The notes under the pieces are model-generated. The model was not told where the DNA came from and did no database searches. It saw only the letters and a program-made list of their open reading frames with translations. DNA of 63,940 nucleotides, filler included, from Lenisia limosa (taxonomy: Eukaryota; Protista; Breviatea): assembly GCA_001655205.1 (NCBI GenBank). It is 16 parts of 16 records of this genome, joined end to end, with 100 filler letters (N's around TTAATTAATTAA, not from the genome) between each part and the next. Parts side by side here need not be neighbours in the genome. Positions count along the whole stretch, not along the records: positions 36,853 to 42,809 come from LPNZ01009556.1; positions 42,910 to 44,514 come from LPNZ01004713.1; positions 44,615 to 53,147 come from LPNZ01001460.1; positions 53,248 to 57,510 come from LPNZ01010686.1; 12 more parts are not named here. One strand, given 5' to 3'. Numbering within the stretch: position 1 is the stretch's first letter; each line of letters starts with the position of its first letter. Both the position numbers and the translations under genes were made by a program. Below are positions 39,801 through 53,339 of this stretch, piece by piece.

Positions 39801-42800
39801 GGGCACACATACTTCGGACACATCATCGCAGCACAGGCCATCAGCACACTCAGTTTGGCCGCGAGGACAGCTGTCTTCAACATTTCTAATACAGTGCTTG
39901 GGGCCAATAGCAAAGCTGGTACAGGTGTGAGTGGCAGAGTCACAGCAGACTCCATCACACTCTTCACCCACAGTGCAAACACAAGAGGAAGCCGAACTAA
40001 AAAAGTTAGTTTATAAGCGAATATCAAATGAAAGAAATACTAACAATGAAGCCTACCCGTAACCTCCAGGAGAGCATGTTTGATCAGCACGACAGCATGT
40101 GGTTCCACATTGAGAAGTGTCAGGAGGACAAGATCCAATTGTAGAACTGCAGAGGAAGTTGAAGCAGAAGGAAGTGGCAGCACAGCAGGTAGAACCGCAC
40201 AGTGAAGAACCATTTGGGCAAGTACACTTGCCGTTTATACACATGGCTCCAAGAGGACATGACAATCCACAGACACCACAATTTTGTTCGTCATTTTGAA
40301 GGTCCACACAGTAGTTTCCACATTCGTCATCCTTGCACTTACAGTATGAGGCATCCATTCCATATCCGTCCTGGGCGTAGTGACATTCCTCGTATGCATC
40401 GCAACAGTCTTGTCCACAAGCCAGCTTGCCGTATGGGCAAATCGGCTCATCAGGCTTTTCAACACAGTATCCAGAAACACAAACACTGTTGTCAGGGCAA
40501 ACGTTTTCGCAGGAACCACAATTGTTGGGATCCGACTCAGTGTTGATACAAACACCATTACAGATAGAGTGGTCACTGTGGCAAACACATGAGCCGCTTA
40601 CACAGTCACCATTAAGCGGGCATTCGTTACCACAGTTTCCACAGTTATCATGGTCGGTATCAAGATCAACGCACTCGTCTCCACAAGCTGTCAAACCAGA
40701 TTCACATTTACAAACATAAACACCATAATGTTGCACACAGACCTCTCCTGTATTGCAGGAGTTGTCACATGCACCACAATGTTCCTCGGTATCGAAAGCT
40801 AAGGGGTCAAGACACTCGTCACCACAGGCAGCAAGTCCAGCAGTTTCGCAAGTACAGTCTCCATTGAGGCAGAATTGGCCTGTTGGGCATGTGATGTTAC
40901 AGGCGCCACAGTGCTCAGAATCAGTAAAGGGGTTGACACATTCTCCAACACAATAGATGTTGAGGCCTTCACAGACGGGTTCGCCATTGACACATGAAGC
41001 GTCCATGGGGAGCTCATGTCCACATTCGCCACAGTGAAGAGGGCTGGTGTCAAGATCCACACACTGTCCTTCGCAGAGGTTGGGAGCGTCAATTGTGCAA
41101 ATGCAGGTTGATTCGTAACAGAAGGAGCCTGGAGGACACTCATTTCCACAGAATCCACAGTGTTCATTATCATTTTCAACATCTACACATTCACCACTAC
41201 AGAGCGTTGGAGTTTCGCCAGTGCAGACACAAATACCTGCATCACAAATAGAATTCATGGGACAAGTGATACCACAAGTACCACAGTTGTCAGAATCAGA
41301 TTGAGTGTCCACACAGACGTTTGAACACACATCACTTGCTTCTTCAGGACACACACACGTGGAGTTGGTGCAGTTTGCTCCTGAAGGGCAGACCATGCCA
41401 CACAATCCACAATTATCCAAATCACTACTAAGGTCAACACAATCGGTCCCACAGTCTGTATCTTCATCATTGGCACATTCGCATGTCCCATTGAAACAGA
41501 TAGTGTGGTTTGCACAAACATTGCCACAGGAACCACAGTGGTCAGGGTCAGACATCAAGTCAGCACATTCAGTGGTGCAGTCAGTTTCACCAGGATTTGG
41601 ACAATCACAGCTTCCACCCATACAGACTGAGTTAGCAGAGCAAACATTGCCACATGAACCGCAATTGTTAGCGTCGGATTGCAAGTCAGTACATTCAGTA
41701 GTGCAGTCAGTGTCACCAGGATATGGACAAACACAGCTTCCACCCACACAGACTGTGTGAGCAGAGCACATATTTCCACAAGAGCCGCAATTATAAGAGT
41801 CATTCATCAAGTCTGAACAAGTGGTGTTACAGTCAGTGTCACCAGGATATGGACAAACACAGCTTCCACCCACACAGACTGTGTGAGCAGAGCACATATT
41901 TCCACAAGAGCCGCAATTATAAGGGTCAGTCATCAAGTCAGCACATTCAGTAGTGCAGTCAGTGTCACCAGGATTTGGACAAACACAATTTCCACCCATA
42001 CAGACTGTGTGAGCAGGGCATACATTTCCACAAGCTCCGCAATTGTTAGGGTCAGCCAGCAAGAAAGCGCATTCAGTAACGCAGTCTGTTTCCATCGGAT
42101 TTGGACAAACACAGCTTCCACCCATACAGACTGTGTGAGCAGGGCACATATTTCCANNNNNNNNNNNNNNNNNNNNNNNNNNNNNNNNNNNNNNNNNNNN
42201 NNNNNNNNNNNNNNNNNNNNNNNNNNNNNNNNNNNNNNNNNNNNNNNNNNNNNNNNNNNNNNNNNNNNNNNNNNNNNNNNNNNNNNNNNNNNNNNNNNNN
42301 NNNNNNNNNNNNNNNNNNNNNNNNNNNNNNNNNNNNNNNNNNNNNNNNNNNNNNNNNNNNNNNNNNNNNNNNNNNNNNNNNNNNNNNNNNNNNNNNNNNN
42401 NNNNNNNNNNNNNNNNNNNNNNNNNNNNNNNNNNNNNNNNNNNNNNNNNNNNNNNNNNNNNNNNNNNNNNNNNNNNNNNNNNNNNCAGTCAGTGTCACCA
42501 GGATTTGGACAATCACAGCTTCCACCCATACAGACTGTGTGAGCAGGGCACATATTTCCACAAGCTCCGCAATTATAAGGATCCGTCATCAAGTCAGCAC
42601 ATTCAGTAGTGCAGTCAGTGTCACCAGGATTTGGACAAACACAGTTTCCACCCATACAGACTGTGTGAGCAGGGCATATATTTCCACAAGCTCCGCAATT
42701 TGAAGAATCAGTCATCAAGTCAGCACATAAGGTTGTACAGTCAGTGAGGGGATTTGGACAAACACAGCTTCCACCCATACAGACTGTGTGAGCAGGGCAC

Positions 42801-42809
42801 ATATTTCCA
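36854..42809 (-). CDS. Very large cysteine-rich repeat protein (STIG1-like DxxNCGxCGxxC...CxxGxC units), partial at both ends
   Basis: Four long Cys-rich ORFs (698, 120, 398 and 528 aa) separated by short GT-AG introns near 40055-39995, 39685-39590 and 38590-38405. Dozens of D-x-x-[NH]-C-G-x-C-[GD]-x-x-C motifs. Confidence 0.85.
41520..42809 (-). repeat. 126-bp (42-aa) near-identical coding tandem array
   Basis: The unit CPAHTVCMGGSCVCPNPGDTDCTTECADLMTDPYNCGSCGNM recurs. The anchor cagactgtgtgagcag is at 41749, 41875, 42001 and 42127 (126-nt period) and continues past the gap. Confidence 0.92.
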
Positions 42810-43699
42810 NNNNNNNNNNNNNNNNNNNNNNNNNNNNNNNNNNNNNNNNNNNNTTAATTAATTAANNNNNNNNNNNNNNNNNNNNNNNNNNNNNNNNNNN
42901 NNNNNNNNNCCCCGGGTACCTTGCACAGTACATACACACCCTCGACTTGATCTATGTGATCAGTTATTTTGCATAAATGGAAGGATCTTGAACTATTCCT
43001 GTCATGATGAAGAAACAAAAATTATGATGAAATAATTAATTGTTCTGATGTTGCTCAGCAAATAATTATCAGAGTTGCGATTTCATATTTCCACAGGTGG
43101 TATGAACATCAGAGATGAAATACTGAGCCCGACTCCAACTGTCTGAAGCGCTTAAAAGCATGTTGCTGAGGATTGAAGAATGAAGGGCCTAGGAGAGTGA
43201 AAAAAGTCATCCTATCAGGCCCCACTCCCCATTCTCACAGATAACAAAAAACCAGAAAATAAACGCGGGGGGGGGGGGGANNNNNNNNNNNNNNNNNNNN
43301 NNNNNNNNNNNNNNNNNNNNNNNNNNNNNNNNNNNNNNNNNNNNNNNNNNNNNNNNNNNNNNNNNNNNNNNNNNNNNNNNNNNNNNNNNNNNNNNNNNNN
43401 NNNNNNNNNNNNNNNNNNNNNNNNNNNNNNNNNNNNNNNNNNNNNNNNNNNNNNNNNNNNNNNNNNNNNNNNNNNNNNNNNNNNNNNNNNNNNNNNNNNN
43501 NNNNNNNNNNNNNNNNNNNNNNNNNNTTGTGAGGCTTCCTGCATGGTTAAGACCAAAGGAGTTACATCACAGTAAGTGAAAGAAGAGAAAGAAAGAGTGA
43601 AAGAAGAGAAAGAAAATGAAAGAAGAGAAGGAAAGAGTGAAAGAAGAACGTACAAATACAACTCCTTTTTTAACAAAGGGTTTCTGTCATTTTATTGGT

Positions 43700-44500
43700 G
43701 ATAGTGGAAAAAACAAAAAAACGTAGGAATAAAGTGACCCCACACTCCCACACCTTTTTCGTAAGGTACTCGCCGCTGCTGTCAGCTTCCAGAAGAAGAC
43801 TACTCTTGTTTTGCCCCATATAACCGAGCTAGAAGATGAATAGTGCTCCCAATGAAGCATTTCAAGACTGGTGCAAGTGGATAGATTGTGCTGTACAAAG
43901 GGACTTTGTTTATCCGGTATAACATCAACAATTGGAGCCTCGCCAGCTTGGGTTTTTGTACCTTCGTCAAACGCGAAATGAATAATGTCAAGAATCAATA
44001 GAAAGTGTTCTCGCGTGTTGTTTCAATATCGTTTAACCCACCTTGAACTGGGCAAATTGAAACAATTGGACAGAAAAGGCCACGAAAAACACGGACGAAG
44101 CACCCACAAGAATAGCGACTGAAATGGCCGTCAACACCCTGGGGGTGTGGGGTGAAATTGAAAAATTTATGAAGAAATTGGCGTAAAGGCACTAATCACG
44201 AACCGAATAATCAACCAATGCTAAAACTAGACAAAAACCACAAGAAAAAAACACAAACACAAAAACAAAAACAAGCAAATGAAGTACGTTACTAATCCTG
44301 TGGAAAAGTAGAATTCACTCGTGTAAAAATGACACCCTTTGGACCGTTTTCCTTTGCCCACGATTGAGCCATTTCAGTGGGCATTCCAGCAATGAACAGA
44401 GCGCCGCAAGTGAGCAGCATTACAGAGGCGAGAAGACTGCAGTATTCGAGGTAGACTAGCAGGCTGCTTTGGTAGGGACGGAAGGAGTTGTGCAACTAAA
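43700..44500 (-). CDS. C-terminal transmembrane region of a receptor-like protein, 5' partial
   Basis: LHNSFRPYQSSLLVYLEYCSLLASVMLLTCGALF... | VLTAISVAILVGASSVFFVAFSVQLFQFAQFK. The RPY...LE..SL pattern is typical of the multi-pass tail of large protist surface proteins (recalled, not searched). Confidence 0.5.
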
Positions 44501-44784
44501 GGGTGAGGGTAGACNNNNNNNNNNNNNNNNNNNNNNNNNNNNNNNNNNNNNNNNNNNNTTAATTAATTAANNNNNNNNNNNNNNNNNNNNNNNNNNNNNN
44601 NNNNNNNNNNNNNNAAAGAACGGAAAACTATCGAAATATATCGAAGATTTATCGAGAAATTCAGTCTTTTTTTTACACCGAAGTGAAGCCCCCCCAGACC
44701 GATTTGGCGGCGCTGCGAGCACCAAAGAGAGAGTCTGAAATCTAAACAGTGAGAAAATGATGAGTAACATAAAAAAAAGTTAGA

Positions 44785-44945
44785 AAATGTTAACCCATAT
44801 CCACTAGTGATATGATCATATGACCGACTATCAAGTCGAAATGATGAACGAAGATAACACCAGGGTTCATCCCGAGTATTTCAGAGTATCATTGAGACTC
44901 GTCGGTCAATTATCATATACGAGTGGATATGAGGTATCATATGAG
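44785..44945. mobile_element. Family E MITE-like element with ~30-bp imperfect inverted repeats
   Basis: CATATCCACTAGTGATATGAT...TGACCGAC / GTCGGTCAATTATCATATACGAGTGGATATG around a core gatgaacgaagataacac.agggttcatccc. Other copies at ~9515-9715, 11345-11490(-), 14165-14330 and 55925-56050(-). Confidence 0.75.
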
Positions 44946-47597
44946 TGAAATCTTAAATACTTGAGTTCTGGGGGTTGGGTAAAGGTTGAAAGGTTCTTGA
45001 TCACAAACCAAATGACGTGTTTCCCCATTTAAAAATTCCACATAAAGCGCATCAAAAAACAGTAATGAGTTGTAACTTGATGGGATGTGCTCGAGGTAAG
45101 TCTTTATCAACACCATCACGCTTACAAGATATGGATTAAAGATATAATATACTATATTATAATATTAATTCACCCAATCATTGAAAAGAGCAGGTGGTAT
45201 GGACTATCAAGTACAAAATTAAAAACCAGGCAAATGGCACAAATTTATTTCAATGATGGTGAGTACAGCTTTGACCAGATATCCCTCTTTCAATTCTCAT
45301 TTCAAGTATTGTTGTGTATCAAAACGAGTCTAATTTGATATGCTGAGAATGGCATGAAATTGATAGAACAGAATTAATAACCATTATAACATCCAATAAA
45401 AAAGGCTTCATCTTTAGAGGAGTAACGGAAGCAAACCTTGGCAAGCTGAAAAAGAAAATATCAGGGCTATCAACACTCGTTCTCCTGTCCGGCTTCTAGT
45501 CGTTTGATTAGAGTTCAGTTGCAGTCAAGTTGCTGGTTAGTAGGGAAGAGGAAGAGGATTGGAGCAAAAACAACACAAGATGTGCACCCGGTCCGGTTTG
45601 AGTTTTGCATCGAAACCCCACAACCACAACCACCCCTTTTCCTCCCTTTTTCACGTTATTAATTAGTTTTTTGTTCGGTTGAGATATAGATACAGCAGTT
45701 TTTCCAGCAACCATAATCCCAGCCTCCTCACCCCTCCCCGTGCCTCCCCCTTTCGAGTTTCGAGAGTTATGTTCTGAGGTGGAAGAATTGACGGAGTTGC
45801 CCCCATTTCTGCTTGTTTGAACTGATTTCAAGTTGATATCGTAGGAGGTTGTATCTGGTCGAAGCCGTCCATACCATCATGTGTTTATGGGATATTGATG
45901 ATTGTATTATCACGCCTAATCATTTTTCAACTTCCCTCTAGCATTTACCAAAATCGATTTTTAATACTCCTTTGTCCGTCTGTCATCTGGTGCTATTTTC
46001 AGCAATGGGACCTTGATAAAAATAAAGGCCAATTAATGTGGATTTTCAAATATAAGAATAATAATGTTCAAACAAAGAGTAAATGTGCAGGCATGATTAT
46101 GACAGATAATACAGGTATCTTTCTGGAGAGTTGATATTCAGCGTTTAAGGAACACTATAGTCCTTTAGATGGATTTAAAAGAAATAAATGTTGAAATTGT
46201 AATTTCAAAAAATGTGGGGGCAAGAAATTAGAGTTACCAAATATGATACCGCTGATGGAGACTCAGAACATATATTTTCATTTTGCCTCTTACCATACTG
46301 AAGGATACCTCAAATGGACCTTTTGACCTCGTTAATTTTTATCTGAACATAGTATTTTATGTATTTTTTTTTGTATCTCAAGCGTGATGGTGTTGTGACT
46401 TCGGTTTTGTTTGGCTTTTGTCTTCACTTGTTTCTTGGAGACTTACACTGACTGTGGTAAGTCCTGACGGAGATTAAGTTTTATATTTGTCAATCGTGTC
46501 AGAACTTATCGTGTTCCATAGGTTTATACGAAAGATTTATATAGAATCTTCTTTTTCTGGCGGCATAGAAAATCACAATTGGTCTATATCCCCCATCATT
46601 TAGGTTTTATTTCATAATTATTTTTACTCCCCCCCCCCCNNNNNNNNNNNNNNNNNNNNNNNNNNNNNNNNNNNNNNNNNNNNNNCATGGAAGTAAACTG
46701 AGTCCATCCAACTGGGGATTGCCAGTCTATATTTAGCTCCCGTAGGTTTAGCTTCTTTTTCTTTTTGAAGACATGGAATTTGAGCTTCTTTTTCTTTTCG
46801 AAGACAAGGAAATTTCCAATTTTTTTCAAGAATTTATAGACAGTCTGAGATCACTCACACCTTTTCTCTGATCCCTTTACAAATAACCCAAATAATCCTA
46901 CTTTACTCTTTTTTTTTCTTTTTTTTTTTTCTTTGTTTTTTTCTTTTAGCGCCCCCCATTTTGGTTTGGAATTTTGTTTATTCTGTTGAACTATCTTCCG
47001 TTTTGGCTCCTTCCTTGAGTCCCCAAACGTTTTTGGTTTTATATGTAGTACATGTCACATATGTGTATAATACTTCTTCTTTTTTTTCTCATCTCTACAT
47101 AGTGTTGCCCCCGCTCTTCCCCCGATGATTGTGATATCGGCAGTATTCCTTGATTCTTTCCGATTGACCTTATTAGCCCATTGGAGCGCTATGATTGAGG
47201 CTACGGAACCTAGTCCATCTCAGGTACGGTACGGGGTAGAAATAGGGCTTCCTTAAGGTTCCAAAAAAGACGTGAATTAATAATTCAACATCTCTTATCA
47301 GCGGGATGGTGTGGATGGCTTTGGTCAGATACTCACTGACTCATCTTATTTTATAAACCGAGTTAATGTGAAAAGTGTCAATATACCCCTTCTTCATCTT
47401 TTTGTGAAAAAGTTGCCATTGGTTCTTGGTTATTAGCAACCACAATGAATGTTGATGGTGCTAATTGGGGATAGCGTGTGTTTGAGAGTAATCATACGAC
47501 AATTTATTAATAATTAGGGATATAATATTTACATTTTGTCTTAATCACCCTGTAGTCACTCAGCGTCTTCAACGGGGAGCCCGTAACAGATCTGACA

Positions 47598-50500
47598 ATG
47601 TCAATTTACGAACCACCAGTAAAGCCGTTTACTCGCCAAGATAAGAAGCGGCGCCCTTCTTCACCTCATCCACATTCCCTCCCATCCTCGCCTCTTCCGG
47701 ATGTCAAGTCCCCTATACCTGTATTGAAGTTACGGCTAGCGACTGAGAAGACCAAGAAGATTGCACCCGAGTCACAGTCAAAGCGAAAGCCTGCCATTCT
47801 AACGAAGACCACTTCACAGCAAAAGAAGAAGAAGAAGCCGAAGTTGCCCAAGACTCCTCAAAGTTCTTCTGACACGTTACAACCGTCCAAGGAGAAAAAT
47901 GTGAAATCCCTGAGTATTCCTGAAGGAAGCCCAGCGAACTTCACAAGGTCCTCTGGTAGTTTGAAATTGGCTAAGCAGCCAGAGGCAACTCAGCCAGGTG
48001 GAAAACCCAGCAAACAACCCGAAGAAATCCAAAAAGTCAACACGGTGCAATCATCGCAATCGCAGAAGAATGGCGACTCCTCTGACCGTGGTTCGGAAGC
48101 AACAAAGCTTGGCGAAATTCGCTCCAAGCAGTCATCCAAAAAATCGGACCCATCATCTTCGAAAAAGCCCTCAAACAATATGGCGAAGAGCCAACAGAAG
48201 AAGAAAGCCAAGGTTGACGGAGTGAGCAGTTTCAAGTTGAAGCTTCCTTCCAATACGAACTCTAAAGACACTGTTAAGAATAAGGTTAAGAGCTCAAATG
48301 TGAAGGTCGACAGGCCCATTACCGTGCCTGCTCCAAAGAAGAAGTCAAATGTCCTATCGCCAACAAGTTCAGCTGCGGTTTCTACCTCGGTTAACACAAC
48401 TACTTCTCAAAAGTCTCCGAATATCGTTTCTGCTAAAGTGACTCAAGAAGGTGTGACTAAAGTGATCTCCTACAAAACTGACAAGGACGTTCCGAGCAAC
48501 TCTCCTTCCACTGTTCAAGCTGGGAGCACCCCAGTGAAGAGCACTAGTCCTCAGCCTAAGAATACTACAGCTAAGACCACCTCTTCTAGCACTCTTGCCA
48601 TGGCCACCTCTTCTAGCACTCCTGCCAAGACCATCTCTTCTAGCACTCCTGCTAAGAGCACCTCTGTCAGCACTCCTGCTAAGACCACTTCTTCGACTTC
48701 ATCCAAGATTACTACAAGCAAGAACGCTCCTTCCACTACCCCTACCACCACCCAAACGAAGAAAGCTGCTCCCCACCCTCCAACCAAGAGTACACCAGCT
48801 ACAACCATACCTTCAACCAAGTTTGTAACTAAGAATACCAGTAGCACAGCTAAGAGCTCTTCGTCCAGTGCCCCAGCCAAGACCAGCAGTCCTTCAAGTG
48901 TTTCAGCCAAAACCGTTCCAGTCAATACGGGAGCTAAAGACCCACTAACTAAGAGTACTGCACCTTCTAGCACCCCATTGAAGAATCCAGCTCAGAGTAG
49001 TACTTCCAGTACTCTAGCTAACAACATTCCACTCAGTTCGGCTGTGAAGAATACTCCTTTGCACCTTCCTGCTCACAACATTCCTGCCATTGTTTCCAAA
49101 ACCACTCCACTAGCCAAGCCTGCCCCCACCCCTGTCCAAAGCTCTTCGAGTCAAGACAAAGCCTCTGCGATTCCTTCCCAGGTTACCAAATCTGACACGT
49201 CTATTCAGAAGACAGTACCCGCTGTCGTGAAGAAATCTGAATCATCACCAGGGGAGAATCAGCAAAGCTCAGCGCTGAACTCCAAGGAAACATCCAAGAA
49301 TTCCCAGGTTACCAATTTGACTTCGAACTCGCAGATGGCTTTTATCTCTGCGGCTTATAACACAACTAAGGTTATTCCAGCTTCGAAAGGTGGTTCGTCG
49401 ACTCAAACTATTGCTGAGAGCAGTGAAACGAGGGCTGTGAGTACGCAGAAGAAAGCATCAACTCAGCAGCCAGCAGGTATCGATAGCACCCCTTCTAGCC
49501 CAAGCAAGAAAGTTGCCTTAATGCGCCCTCACAATATCCCAGGTGCAAACCACAAGCCTTCTCCAATGAATAAAAACACTGCTGATAGCAGTAATCTGTT
49601 GTACGACTTTCTTCGTGAGTCTCCTCTGGAAGTTAACAAGCCTGGGTTGTCGTCGTCGGCCTCCTCACTGACCAAATCTGGCATTTCGTCGGCGGCTCAG
49701 TCGGTTCAGTCCTCACCTTTGTCTGCTTCCAGTGATGCTATGCTGAAAGCGGATCAGATTTCGGAGAGAATAAAAAAGGATCAAGATCGTAAGAGTGAAG
49801 AAGAAAGGAGGAAGAAGGAAGAAATAAATAAGGACTTACAAAAGAAGAAAGAAGACAAGATGAGGGAAGAGTTGAATAAAAAGGAAGAAGAAAGGAGAAA
49901 ACAAGAAGAAAAGAGAAAAGAAGAAGAAAAGAAGAAGACAGAACAGAAGAAACAAGAATTGAAGAAGGAAGATTTGAAGAAAAGGGTGGAAAAGAAGAAG
50001 GAAGAAAAGAGGAAAGAAGAAGAGAAGAAGAAGGTTGAAGAATTGAAGAAGGTGGAAGAAGAAAAGAAAAAACAAGATGAGGAAAAAAGGAAAGAAGAAG
50101 AAAAGAATAAGGTTGAAGAATTGAAGAAGGTGGAAGAAGAAAAGAAAAAGGAGGAAAAGAAGAAGGAAGAGGAAAAGAAGAAGGCTGAAGAATTGAAGAA
50201 GGTGGAAGAAGACAATAAAAAGAAGGATGAGGAAAAGAAGAAGGTTGAAGAGTTGAAGAAGATGAAAGAAGAAGAGGAAAAGAAGAAGGACAAAGAACAG
50301 AAGAAAGAAGAAGAAAAGAAGAAGGAAGAAAAGAAGAAGATTGAAGAATTGAAGAAGATGAAAGAAGAAAAGAAGAAGGAAGAAGAAAAGAAGAAGGAAG
50401 AAAAGAAGAAAGATGTAGCGCAAGCAATGGGTACAAAGACCAACCCTGAGCATTTTGCATCCGCTCCTTTAGAGACCCAAAACCATCTTCAATCTTACCA

Positions 50501-52622
50501 AGAAAGTACCCGGATGTCTGAAGTGGAGTTTTCACCACGATTAACCTCGCCGCCGGCCCCGTATCCTTCAATAAACACAAAACAATCCCCCGAACACGAG
50601 AATCCTTCACGTCCCGTACCGACCGTAAGATCACCGAAGTCATCCCCGGGTTCCCATGCACTCTCTAAACAGTGGCCTGAATTCCGAGAAATTTTGGATA
50701 AGGATGCGGTGGCGCGGCAACTTTTCCCGCCATACGTCCAGGTAAGGGAGGGGGACTTTTACCGGCTCTAAGATTGGCTTTTGGGCAGGTTACAATTGCA
50801 CTCTTTCTTGTAAACACTATTTCAATATCTCTTTGTAAATGTGTTGGGGTGAATGGTTTTACTGAGAATCCTTTTTTTATTTCACTACGTATGAAATGAT
50901 AGGTATCTCAGATGGCCGGGTATTTGGATTCTATTATCATATAATTTGGGCTTCTACGGTCCGAAAAAGACCGTTAAAAAATCGATATTTATCGAGGATT
51001 TATTCAAAAATTCAGTCTATTTTGGGACCGTAGGGAAGTCCTACATATAATAGAGGAAGGTATGGGTTCTCAAGCAGTTTTTTTTTACATACATTTGTTA
51101 GCTGTAATCCAATATCTCTTATAATCGTGATGGACGGCTTCTCTGCCTTTTTTATTTCTACGTATGTATATATTTGACTATTTTATATTTTTTTACACTC
51201 ACTCCACCCAGTTGACACTCACTCCACCCAGTTTATCAACAGCATCGGGGATCTACAGTTCCATTCCCACTTGTACACGCCAGCCCAAGCCCGAGGGTTT
51301 GCCTCATGGTATTTGGGGTAATTTTTAGTCAGGGTTCATTTCGTTTCTTACCCCCTCTCCCTTAGATTATGGGGGTTAAAAAAAANNNNNNNNNNNNNNN
51401 NNNNNNNNNNNNNNNNNNNNNNNNNNNNNNNNNNNNNNNNNNNNNNNNNNNNNNNNNNNNNNNNNNNNNNNNNNNNNNNNNNNNNNNNNNNNNNNNNNNN
51501 NNNNNNNNNNNNNNNNNNNNNNNNNNNNNNNNNNNNNNNNNNNNNNNNNNNNNNNNNNNNNNNNNNNNTACTGAAGCCCCTGTTGAAGTACGAGGAAATT
51601 GTAAGGTGGATTTTGAGGATGGGAACAGCGTCAAATTACAATGGAAATAACTTCGGTCGGAATTTCAGAATTCCGGATGGTTTAAATTCGGAATGTGGTC
51701 TAGTCTATCTATATAAAGTGACCGGGATAAGTCTTGACCGATTTGCTATTTGATTTCCTAAGGAAAATCGGTCAAGACTTATCCCGGTCAGTGTATTACT
51801 TCAGTCATTATACCATATAAGCGTGACGGGAAAGGTGAATTTTATGTTACGTTGTCCTGATAAACATGATGATGTGTTTGTTTCAAATAATGTATTTTCC
51901 TATTATTTTTTGGAGAATAAGTTGGCAAAATTTGAAATTAAAGTGTCCGTAACGGAGTTCTCGTTACAATATATCCTACTTCAAATTCAATTATTTGCAC
52001 AGAGTCCTTCTTTATCTTAAATAAGCAGCATATCACTAACCGCTTTAGTCGCGCCAGCTGTTATCGATGGTGGAGTATCTGAATGCTGGGGCTTATGAGA
52101 AGCTTATCAGCTTCCAACCGGCTCTGTCGGCATCTGTTTGGATGAAATTGAAGGTCGAATGGGGCAAGCCGAGCAGGAAGGCCCTCTACAACTGTGTCCT
52201 TCTTTGGGTATGGGGGTGTGGGGTTGGTCTGTTACCCCAGTTCCTTCTTTGTTGTACTCCTGGAAGTTGTTCCTAAATGCAAGCCAGCAGAGGATTCTGG
52301 CTTTTGGTTTGATAATTTTTTCATTTTTATTCCCCCTCTCCCCCTCTACAGAAACTATTCTTTGACTTGTCCAAAAACTATACCCAAATACAGGTTTTTA
52401 TTATGAGAAGAGAGGACAAAAAGAACAATACCCCCAGGAAATCATTCTTTGACTTATTATAGAAAGTATACATATTACCACTCCCCCTTCGCAAGGAACT
52501 ATTCTTTTACTTATCAAGATAATATATTTTTTAGAGTCGATTCTTTGACCAGTTTAGATTGCTACATCAAAGGAGATGAACTATGTGATGGAAAAAGGAC
52601 AGCCTTTCTGCGACTTCCTAAG
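47598..52622 (+). CDS. Large protein: Ser/Thr/Lys/Pro-rich disordered region, Glu/Lys coiled coil, then short globular exons
   Basis: A 1057-codon ORF with a probable donor CAG|GTAAGG at ~50742. Later exon candidates at ~51260, ~51570, 52059-52208 (LLSMVEYLNAGAYEKLISFQP...) and ~52538-52622. Confidence 0.7.
50946..51043. mobile_element. Family A hAT-type MITE, subfamily A2
   Basis: TIRs as at 22547, with a perfect 8-bp TSD CATATAAT. Confidence 0.85.
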
Positions 52623-53339
52623 GTATGGGACCATACACACACATATAGCATAATATGATGTATATATGTATATATGATATATACATGTAGATATATATTA
52701 TATAATAGTATAATATACTATATGATATGTCATATCATATGTATATATGATATAGTATATAGCTATAGCTATGTATGTATAATATATACATACAGTGACC
52801 AGGATAAGTCTTGACCGATTTGTTCAATGATATTCCAAAAATCAGTCAAGACTTATTCTGGTCACGTTTTTTCCCCTTTATACTACTTATCAAATATATC
52901 ATTGCATTCAGTGACTATGTTCATAATCCTCTGACCCTGTAGGAATTGCCGTCAGTATCTTCGGCTCTACAGTAAAATACCGGAGCTCCACAGTTCTCTT
53001 CATAAGTGGTATCAGAAAAAGTACCCAAAGTTGGGGGGATATTATAAAGGGGGTTATTATAAAGGGGGGGTAGTGCAAATGTGTGTGTGTCTATGCTCAT
53101 GTGTGTGTATGTATGCTAGCCAACAGAGATAATTTTTGGCTTTTTTGNNNNNNNNNNNNNNNNNNNNNNNNNNNNNNNNNNNNNNNNNNNNTTAATTAAT
53201 TAANNNNNNNNNNNNNNNNNNNNNNNNNNNNNNNNNNNNNNNNNNNNTCGTAACCCCCTCTTTACCCCCCTTCTAGCCTCCCGCTTCTCGCCACCCTCCT
53301 TATTTATGGTCCTCCTTCTCCTGACCTCTGTAGTGCGCT

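Noticed and set aside
36797-42703. Overlapping alternative-frame ORFs over the Cys-rich gene
   Set aside because: They are a by-product of repetitive, stop-poor codon usage and have no independent motifs.
52635-52792. AT-rich (TA/TATG)n tract as a structured element
   Set aside because: It is ordinary degenerate microsatellite-like intron sequence; similar tracts occur at ~2290, 13480 and 62190.
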